Shown here in pieces: positions 56,348-64,000 of a DNA stretch of 64,000 nt; positions within the stretch are counted from its first letter, which is position 1, and every line of letters begins with the position of its first letter. A program made the translations under genes and the position numbers. Origin of the DNA: an uncultured Verrucomicrobiae bacterium (GTDB lineage Bacteria; Verrucomicrobiota; Verrucomicrobiia; Chthoniobacterales; Terrimicrobiaceae); contig CAVPOC010000003.1 in the NCBI GenBank assembly GCA_963706955.1, positions 544,001 to 608,000 of the forward strand, given 5' to 3'. A model generated the notes under the pieces. It did no database searches, was not told the origin of the DNA, and saw only the letters and a list, made by a program, of their open reading frames with translations.

Positions 56348-58462
56348 ATGCCTCAACCGCTCGATCATACTCACACGCACGGGGAGTTCCGCCTCCGTTA
56401 CGGGCATCCTTTGCCATTCGGTGCTAGCCATGTGCCCGGCGGAGTAAACTTCTCGATTTTCTCTGCTAACGCGACCTCGTGCACGCTCGTGCTTTTTGAA
56501 AAAGGAGCTTCCCTCCCGTTTGCGGAGATTCCGTTTCCTCCAGAATACCGACTGGGAAATCTGTGGGCGATGACCGTCTTCGACCTGAACTACGAGCAGA
56601 TTGAATATGGCTATCGTCTCGACGGGCCTCACGACCCGCGACAGGGGCATCACTTCGACAAAGAGAAAATCCTCCTCGACCCGGATGCGATGGAGATCAG
56701 TGGACGAAATGTTTGGAAGCAGACATCCAACGACACCGACATCTTTCCGTTTCGAGGCCGGATCCCGTTTCAACTCTTCGACTGGGGGCACACGCGTCCC
56801 CTCAAGCGCCCAGAGAGCGAGATGGTCATCTATGAGCTGCACTTGCGTGGCTTTACGGCGCACGAGAGTTCCGGAGTCAAACATCCGGGAACATTCGAGG
56901 CTCTGCGCGAGAAGATCGGCTACCTCAAAGATCTTGGCATCAACTGCGTCGAACTCATGCCCATCTTCGAGTTCGATGAGTTGGAAAATCATCGGACAAA
57001 CCCGCTCACCGGCGAACAACTCTGCAACTATTGGGGCTATAGCACCTTGGGGTTTTTCGCGCCCAAAGCCGGTTTCGCAGCGACTGGCAAACACGGGACA
57101 CAAGTGTCCGAATTAAAGCAGCTCATCAAAGCGCTGCACGAAGCCGGAATCGAGATCATGCTCGATGTAGTCTTTAACCATACCGCAGAAGGAGGTGCCG
57201 ACGGGCCGACGATTTCCTTCCGGGGCATCGACAACAAGACCTATTACATGCTCGACAGTCGGGGACAGTACCTCAACTACACGGGGTGCGGAAACACGGT
57301 GAACTGCAACCACCCTGTCGTTCGCGGGTTCGTGCTCTCCTGCCTGCGTTATTGGGCTGCGGAATTTCATATCGATGGCTTTCGCTTCGACCTGGCTTCG
57401 GTGCTCGGCCGCGATTCCCACGGCGCTCCTCTGGCCAACCCGCCGCTGCTTGAATCTCTCGCCTATGATCCCGTGCTCGCGCATTGTGACCTGATCGCCG
57501 AGGCCTGGGACGCAGGCGGGCTCTACCAAGTCGGAAACTTCCCCTCCTATGGCCGTTGGCTGGAATGGAATGGAAAATTCCGCGACGCGGCTCGGCGCTT
57601 CCTCAAGGGAGACGTCGGCGTGGTCGGCGAGATGGTCCAACGCATCATGGGCTCTCCAGACCTCTACCTGGCCGCCGGACGCAAACCGGCCGCTTCGGTA
57701 AACTTCGTGACCTGCCACGACGGATTCACTCTCCGTGATCTCGTCTCCTACAATGAAAAGCAGAATCTCGACAACGGCGAGAACAACAAGGACGGCGCCA
57801 ACGACAACTACAGCTGGAACTCCGGCGTGGAGGGCGAAACAGACGATCCGGCAATCAACGCGCTGCGGATGCGGCAGCAGAAGAACGCCGTCGCATTGCT
57901 TTTTGTAAGTCAGGGCGTCCCGATGATTTACATGGGAGATGAATGTGGCCGTAGTCAGCGCGGCAATAATAATGCCTATTGTCAGGATGAGGACTGGAAC
58001 TGGTTCGATTGGTCGCTCTCCAGTCGTTACGGCGACCTCTTGCGATTCGTGAAGGGAATGATCGCCTTTCGCAAAGCCAATGCCGCACTTCGCCAGCCTG
58101 AGTTCTTGACGGGAAGAGACAGGGTTGGGAGCGGTTATCCGGATATTTCATGGCATGGCGTGCAGCCTTGGAAGCCAGACTGGAGTCTCCCGAGCAGATC
58201 GATCGCGTTCATGCTTTGCGGGCGCCACGGGGCCGCCGTCGGGGGGCCAGCGCACTTTATCTACTGCGCATTTAACATGTACTTCGAACCCCTCGACTTT
58301 ACTCTACCGGTCTTGCCCAAGGGACTGACATGGCATCGGGTTGCGGATACGTCGCTTCCTGCCCCTGCCGACATTGTCGAGCCAGGCGAGGAACTCCCGG
58401 TCATCGCTAAGAAGCCAATCTCTATCGCGGATCGGACGACAGCGATCTTCGTGGGCAAGTAA
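56348..58462 (+). CDS. glgX: Glycogen debranching enzyme/isoamylase (GH13)
   Basis: NYWGY, DVVFNHT, DGFRFDLA, IAEAWD and NFVTCHDGFTL motifs. Confidence 0.95.
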   Translation: MPQPLDHTHTHGEFRLRYGHPLPFGASHVPGGVNFSIFSANATSCTLVLFEKGASLPFAEIPFPPEYRLGNLWAMTVFDLNYEQIEYGYRLDGPHDPRQGHHFDKEKILLDPDAMEISGRNVWKQTSNDTDIFPFRGRIPFQLFDWGHTRPLKRPESEMVIYELHLRGFTAHESSGVKHPGTFEALREKIGYLKDLGINCVELMPIFEFDELENHRTNPLTGEQLCNYWGYSTLGFFAPKAGFAATGKHGTQVSELKQLIKALHEAGIEIMLDVVFNHTAEGGADGPTISFRGIDNKTYYMLDSRGQYLNYTGCGNTVNCNHPVVRGFVLSCLRYWAAEFHIDGFRFDLASVLGRDSHGAPLANPPLLESLAYDPVLAHCDLIAEAWDAGGLYQVGNFPSYGRWLEWNGKFRDAARRFLKGDVGVVGEMVQRIMGSPDLYLAAGRKPAASVNFVTCHDGFTLRDLVSYNEKQNLDNGENNKDGANDNYSWNSGVEGETDDPAINALRMRQQKNAVALLFVSQGVPMIYMGDECGRSQRGNNNAYCQDEDWNWFDWSLSSRYGDLLRFVKGMIAFRKANAALRQPEFLTGRDRVGSGYPDISWHGVQPWKPDWSLPSRSIAFMLCGRHGAAVGGPAHFIYCAFNMYFEPLDFTLPVLPKGLTWHRVADTSLPAPADIVEPGEELPVIAKKPISIADRTTAIFVGK

Positions 58463-58614
58463 GAGCTCGATGCCGATAGCGACCAGGGCGACTGAAGCCT
58501 CGCTCAAATGCCCGAGAACATGATCGGGTGAAGCAGGAAAGAACTCTCGGATCAAGAATCCCCTTGCACTAAGCAAGGGATAAGGCTACATATTCGCCCT
58601 TTTTCAACCAAAGA

Positions 58615-59301
58615 ATGGCGAACAATACGCGAAAATCCCCCAAGGCGAAGGTGTTCGGCAACATGGCCAAGAAGGCAAAGGCTGGTCCGAAGGCGGCAAA
58701 GGTAACGACTGTGACGAAAAAGAACTCCGACGCGAAAAAGCAGGCTCACCCGGACGAAAGAAAGCCCGTCGCCGCCGAGAAACCTCCGGTGAAGGCGCAC
58801 AGTGGAGCTCCAATCATCCATAAACGCACGGGGGCGCTCTCGCCCTTCGAGCAAAAGCAAAGGGAAAAGCTTCTCGCGCTGAAAGACACCCTTCTTGATT
58901 CGATGAATGGGGTGGCCAAAGACAGCCTGCGTTCCCGAGCTGAAGGTAGCGAAGCGAGTGCCTTCGGTATGCATCAGGCCGACGCCGGCAGCGACGCCTA
59001 CGACAGGGATTTCGCGCTCAGCCTCCTCTCACAAGAGCAGGACTCGCTCTATGAAATCGACGAGGCGCTCAAGCGCATTGAAATTGGCACCTACGGCATC
59101 TGCGAGATGTCCGGGAAAGTGATTCCGCACGCGCGTCTCGAGGCGCTCCCCTTCACCCGGTATACCGTCGAGTGCCAGGCCGAACTCGAAAAGCGCAACC
59201 GCTTTCAGCGCGTGCGACAGCCGGTGATATCCCTCTTTGGACTTTCGGAAGAGGAGGGGACCGAGGAGGACGAGGAAAGCGGCTCGGACACCAAGGAATA
59301 A
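58615..59301 (+). CDS. DksA/TraR-family transcription factor
   Basis: HQADAGSD coiled-coil tip; GTYGICE.SG..I...RLEALP motif; Lys/Ala-rich N-terminus. Confidence 0.88.
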   Translation: MANNTRKSPKAKVFGNMAKKAKAGPKAAKVTTVTKKNSDAKKQAHPDERKPVAAEKPPVKAHSGAPIIHKRTGALSPFEQKQREKLLALKDTLLDSMNGVAKDSLRSRAEGSEASAFGMHQADAGSDAYDRDFALSLLSQEQDSLYEIDEALKRIEIGTYGICEMSGKVIPHARLEALPFTRYTVECQAELEKRNRFQRVRQPVISLFGLSEEEGTEEDEESGSDTKE

Positions 59302-59304
59302 CTC

Positions 59305-59478
59305 ATGCCACAGGAAATCGTCACCCTTGAATGCACCGAGGCCAAGGCCGAGGGTAAGCCGCCCTCTCGCTATATGACCACGCGCAACAAGAAGAGCCCG
59401 CGCACGCCGAATCGTCTGGAGAAGAAAAAATACAATCCGTTCCTGCGGCGGCACACTTTGCACCGGGAGATCAAGTAG
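59305..59478 (+). CDS. rpmG: 50S ribosomal protein L33 (57 aa, not in the ORF track)
   Basis: [57 protein letters not shown]. Confidence 0.95.
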   Translation: MPQEIVTLECTEAKAEGKPPSRYMTTRNKKSPRTPNRLEKKKYNPFLRRHTLHREIK

Positions 59479-59484
59479 GTCGCC

Positions 59485-59724
59485 ATGCAGCCAAAAACAG
59501 CCAAACGCCGCTCCGCTTTCCGACGCGCCAATCGATCGATGCCTCGGCGTCGAACGGATATCGCTGAAGAGGCAATCGACTACAAGAATCCCGAGCTTCT
59601 CAAACGCTTCGTCACTGAAAGCGGCAAGATTGTCCCTCGCCGGGTCACCGGCATGTCAGCCCGCCTGCACCGCAAGATTACACGCGAAATCAAGCGCGCC
59701 CGCGCGGCGTTGCTCATGAAGTAG
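59485..59724 (+). CDS. rpsR: 30S ribosomal protein S18
   Basis: IDYKN..LL.RFVTE.GKI.PRR.TG and IKRAR motifs. Confidence 0.95.
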   Translation: MQPKTAKRRSAFRRANRSMPRRRTDIAEEAIDYKNPELLKRFVTESGKIVPRRVTGMSARLHRKITREIKRARAALLMK

Positions 59725-59775
59725 CGGGTCGAGAGCCGCTGAAGGTCTCTCGTCGAGTGTCCGCGCTGAACGCGT

Positions 59776-59839
59776 TGTAGGGGCGCTTGCGCAAAACGCC
59801 CAGCCAAATTCACAGGCGGTTGGCACAACCGCCTCTACA
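59776..59839. repeat. REP doublet (family B)
   Basis: TGTAGGGGCGCTTGCGCAAAACGCCC...GGCGGTTGGCACAACCGCCTCTACA between convergent genes. Confidence 0.72.
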
Positions 59840-59882
59840 AATTTTCGCTTTCATCGTCGGCGATCACTGCTTCTGCACCCAG

Positions 59883-62245
59883 CTACCCGCCGCCGAACCT
59901 AGGAATAATCTTTGGCCGCCATTCCGGTTTTGATGCCGAGCCGGTGGCGACATACTCGAAGAGCTTGCTCACAGGAAAGAGAACCAATCCGGGAAGCCCG
60001 CGAGCATTCAGGCGGACCGACATGCTTATCTTGTCGGCGACAAAGTAGATATCTCCGCTTCCAAACAGGCTGAAGCCGGCACCTTCGATTTTCAGGTTTT
60101 TCGTGTTGATTTTTTCATCTCCGACCGTGAAGTCGGCAGTGGCTAGGCGGGCGGCTTGAAAGCCTGCGCCGGGTATGATCTTGTTGATGATTTCCGAGAG
60201 CGGCCCGAGAATCGGGATGGCGAAGACGCGACCTTCTTCCACCCGAAAGCTTCCGTCACCCCGCATTTGTTGTTCCTGACCCATCCGCGCGTTGAATTTG
60301 AAGTTGCCGCTGGCCACTCCCCGCGAGTCCTCGTAATTAAAGTAGAGCTTCGTCAACTGCTCGAAATTGACACGTCGGATGTCGATCTTTGCGCCGAAGG
60401 TCGGATCGGCGGGATCGAACGAGACGACGGCATTGACACCGACATTGCCTTCCATCAACTCGGCGCTCTTGATGTCCGCGATCACTTTGGTGCCGATGAT
60501 GTCCACATTGGCCAACGTCCGGCCGAACTTGAGGGTTCGCTCGAGCAGATCGTAGTCAAGGCCGCTCTCCGACTGAATCGCCAAGTGCAAGTCATTCTTT
60601 TGCGGCGGAATTCTTAAGGTCGACCACGCCTTCCGCCTCGACCCTCGGCGGCTGTCGAAAGCGGTAGGGTTTGATGGTCTCGGCAATTTTGGGATCAATC
60701 CACATCATTACGTCGACGGGAGGCATCGTGGATTCGATATCCCGTAAAATGACCTGCTTCCCGCCGAAGTCGTAAACGAAAGTTCCTTTCCCAATTGCCT
60801 TGCCACGCCCGAGTGAGAAGTCTTTATAAGTAATCGCGCTGTCGGCAATTTCGATCTGCGACTGACCCCAATCGAGGGCTGGAGCCGCGCATCGAAGTTC
60901 GCCCTAGCCGAAGAAATCCAGTGCCGGTAATGGCACCGAAATCCAGCTTCGGACCGCGCACCTCCAGCTGCATATAAGGAGCATCGCGGAAGTTAAGCAG
61001 CTTGATCACTTCCCTCTCTTTTTTGCCGAGCAGGGAAGCGAAGGCCGTGGGGGCGATTGTACTGCTCACGCGCGCACGGAAGTCATCCGGTGCAAAAAGC
61101 AGGCTGGCACCAATTTCTCCCCCGGCGGCACGGAGCTTGGTGTCTCTCAAGAAGATCTTGCCATTGGTTGCGGCGAAGTCCGTGGAAAATGCATCGATGT
61201 CGATTCCGCGAAAGGCAAACTTACCGATCTGCGCTGATCCGGTAACGTTATATTGAAGGGGAGAAGAGGAATGAATGACCTGCCCGGAGGCCTCGAGCTG
61301 CGGGCGGGATGCAAATTTGAAATCCTCAAGCGGCGAGTCTTCCGGAATAAGTCGCGCAAAAGGCTCGAGCGTGAGCGTGCTGGATGCCTGGAAGTCGAGA
61401 ACGCTATTCTGCCATTGCGCGGTCAAGTTTAAAGCGCCCTCCCGGCCGCGCAGTCGGAAGCGTTTGATGCTGAGGATTCGGTTGGTGTAGTTGCCTTCGA
61501 TATCGAGACCTTCAGCGCGCCAATTGGGGGCGATGATCGGGCCGGATCTGAGCAGAATCGGCGAAATTTGCAGTGTGGAGAGGTCAGCCAGATCGCCGTT
61601 GATCTTCAGGGAAAGCTCCGGCGGATGCCCCGGATATTTCAGACTCGAGAGTCGACTTACGATTTGGCTAACCAGCTTGTTTCGCTGGTCGGATGGGTCT
61701 TGGGTGTCCTTATGATCGAAATGGAAGGCTCGGGGGTTGCGCAGCAGCCCACTGATGACCACACGTATACCCTGGACGCGTCCCTCGAGCGACCCGATGC
61801 GCAGCTGATCGCCGCCCAGAGACAATTGTGCCGAAACGCCGTCCACTTCGAGCCGCGCGCTGTCGGGTTGTCTACCGAGAGGGATCGAGACGTCGGTTTC
61901 GTCGAGCTGAAGGTGATCAATCGTGACACGTCCGGCGAGCAGGTCGGCGAGGTTCAAGGAGACGACCAAGTGCTCAAGGCGCGCGAAATCTCTTTGCTCT
62001 CCGGAAGTTTCCTTAACGACGATATTTTCGGCGACGAGACCTTTGAAGGGATCGACTGTCAGCTTGCCGATCTGGGTCTGAAATCCCTCGCCGCTGAGAG
62101 CCGCGGCCACGCGCTCCTTCCATTCATCGCGAATTCCTACCTCCCGGAGATAGACGATCGCTGCGGGTATGCAGACAAAGAGGAGGAGCAAAAATAACCG
62201 AATCGTCCAGCGAACGAAAAAGCGTGGAATCGGAGGCAGGTGCAT
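59883..62245 (-). CDS. AsmA-like/DUF3971 large envelope protein, frameshifted
   Basis: N-terminal TM anchor, beta-rich body and C-terminal LFEY..TGS.SKPEW; a bridging frame (LDWGQSQIEIAD...PYRF) joins the two ORFs. Confidence 0.75.
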
Positions 62246-62275
62246 TCGTGCGATTGCTGGAGATGCCGACGATGC

Positions 62276-64000
62276 CTACAAAAGATTCACCGGATCGACA
62301 TCCACGGCGACGAGAACATCTTCGGGCAAAGGAAGAACTGCAAGGGTTTGTTGAATTGCGCTCGACAAGCCGCGCGCCGATGGACCGCGCAGAGCAATTT
62401 GGAAACGGTGATAGCCGCGCGCTTTTTCGAGCGGGGCAGGAACGCAGTCCCCAAGGGAGGAGCTTTTTGTTATCTTTTCTTTAAGCTTACGAACAAGGGT
62501 TTGCCCGGTGAACTCCGCTCGCTCACGCACTTGACCCCGAATCGTTATCAAGACCATGCGAGTAAATGGCGGGAAATCAAAGCGCTCGCGAAATTCGAGC
62601 TCCTGTTCCGCAAACCCATCAAAGTCGTGGTGGCGCGCAAACTGAATGGATGGGCTGAACGGCGTAAATGTTTGCACGAGCACCTCGCCTTCGACGTCCC
62701 CTCGTCCCGCCCGACCTGCGACCTGAGTCAGGAGCTGAAAGGTGCGTTCTCCCGCCCGAAAGTCGGGGAGATGCAAGCTTAGATCTGCGTTAATAATTCC
62801 GACCAGCGTCACGCTGGGAAAATGAAGGCCTTTGGCGATCATCTGAGTGCCAACAAGAATGTCGATCGCGCCTTCTTTGAAAGCCTGAAGGGTTTGCTGT
62901 AGGGTGTTCTTTCGAGTCATTGCATCGGCGTCCATCCGAGCAACCCGCGCCTTTGGAAAGATGCGCTTGACTATGTCTTCGACTTTTTGCGTTCCCACGC
63001 CCGAATGACGAATGCCGGGGTCTTTGCAGGTCGGACATACCTTGGGGGCGCGCTCTCGATGCCCGCAGATATGGCAGGCGAGTTGAGCCGCGTCCCGGTG
63101 GTAGGTGAGCGCCACACTGCAGTTCGGGCATTGGCAGACGTGGCCGCAGGCCTGGCACACCATGATCGTGGAAAAGCCCCGGCGATTCAGGAAGAGGATG
63201 GTCTGCTCACCATTCGCAAGGCGCTGCTCGACCGCTTGCAAAAGTGCCGGCGCAAAGATGGCTTCGGCCCCGCCTGGACGCGGCGCCCTGCGCATATCGA
63301 GCACGCGAATCACGGGCATTCTGCGGTCATCGACGCGCTGCGAGAGTCTGAGCAGTCGGTACTTTCCCGTGGCGCAATTGTGCCAACTTTCCATGGAAGG
63401 AGTTGCGCTGCCGAGAACCACCGCGCAGCCCTCCTGCTTCGCCCGCAAAACGGCGACATCACGAGCGTGATACCGCGGCGCCTCTTCCTGCTTGTAGGTG
63501 CCCTCATGCTCTTCATCGACGATGATTATTCCAAGGTTTTCGAGCGGCGCAAAGACGGCGCTTCTCGCCCCAATGACAATACGTGCACCGCCAGAATGAA
63601 TCTTCCGCCACTCATCAAAACGTTCGCCTCCCGAGAGATGGCTGTGAAGCACGGCCACTTCCCGCTGCGCATCCGCAAAGCGCGCCTTGAATCTCTCGAC
63701 GGTTTGTGGCGTAAGGGAAATCTCCGGAACGAGGACAAGAGCGGTGCGCCCAAGGTCAATAATATGCCGAATCGCTTGCAAATATATTTCCGTCTTCCCA
63801 CTGCCAGTTACCCCGAAAAGCAACAGAGGCTGCGCCGGAGTTTGAATGGCTTCCTTGATCGAGTCGACCGCGTGGCGTTGTTCCGCATTCAGCACGAGCT
63901 CGGTGGTTGGCAAAAAGGTTTCGTGGGCAAATGGGTCGCGCCCGACCTCTGCTGTTTCAATGGTCAGCCAGCCTTTGCGCTCTAGGCTCCGAAACACCGC
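62276..64000 (-). CDS. priA: Primosomal protein N' (5' end outside the window)
   Basis: GVTGSGKTEIY, DEEH, four CxxC pairs, GTQMIAKG and QVAGRAGR motifs. Confidence 0.97.
   Translation of the reverse strand, partial: AVFRSLERKGWLTIETAEVGRDPFAHETFLPTTELVLNAEQRHAVDSIKEAIQTPAQPLLLFGVTGSGKTEIYLQAIRHIIDLGRTALVLVPEISLTPQTVERFKARFADAQREVAVLHSHLSGGERFDEWRKIHSGGARIVIGARSAVFAPLENLGIIIVDEEHEGTYKQEEAPRYHARDVAVLRAKQEGCAVVLGSATPSMESWHNCATGKYRLLRLSQRVDDRRMPVIRVLDMRRAPRPGGAEAIFAPALLQAVEQRLANGEQTILFLNRRGFSTIMVCQACGHVCQCPNCSVALTYHRDAAQLACHICGHRERAPKVCPTCKDPGIRHSGVGTQKVEDIVKRIFPKARVARMDADAMTRKNTLQQTLQAFKEGAIDILVGTQMIAKGLHFPSVTLVGIINADLSLHLPDFRAGERTFQLLTQVAGRAGRGDVEGEVLVQTFTPFSPSIQFARHHDFDGFAEQELEFRERFDFPPFTRMVLITIRGQVRERAEFTGQTLVRKLKEKITKSSSLGDCVPAPLEKARGYHRFQIALRGPSARGLSSAIQQTLAVLPLPEDVLVAVDVDPVNLL

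Overview
A GC-rich bacterial chromosome segment. The L33/S18 sequences and the ccsA-hemA-hemC-cobA/hemD order suggest Verrucomicrobiota, probably Chthoniobacterales-like (inference). Housekeeping genes lie at both ends: sufS-sufU and STAS-mlaE on the left; thrS, moeB, the heme operon, rpsL-rpsG, two GT9 genes, glgX, dksA-rpmG-rpsR, an AsmA-like gene and priA on the right. Between them is a ~41 kb accessory-looking block of mostly single genes for detoxification, transport, redox and secreted proteins. The intergenic DNA is rich in small repeats: a 358-bp MITE with CTAG flanks, two GTAG-type REP families (including a 4-copy ~188-bp tandem array), a CACAGATT 9-mer inverted-repeat element and heptamer runs. 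There is also a tRNA-Ala(GGC) with a duplicated 3' end, and an ISL3 sits in that duplication without a target-site duplication. Best leads: a shared TGTCC-N15/16-GTTCGT ECF-type promoter motif ahead of three VOC/GyrI loci; a ~50-aa helical insertion in the ThrRS catalytic domain; the tRNA-satellite/ISL3 structure; a 2Fe-2S nucleotide cyclase with an atypical specificity residue next to a Tat phosphoesterase; the CACAGATT element family; and a Cys-poor dksA-rpmG-rpsR operon. Many single-base frameshifts, including in thrS and hemC, are most likely assembly indel errors. I found no CRISPR array, integrase or prophage, and I cannot claim a complete new system from sequence alone.
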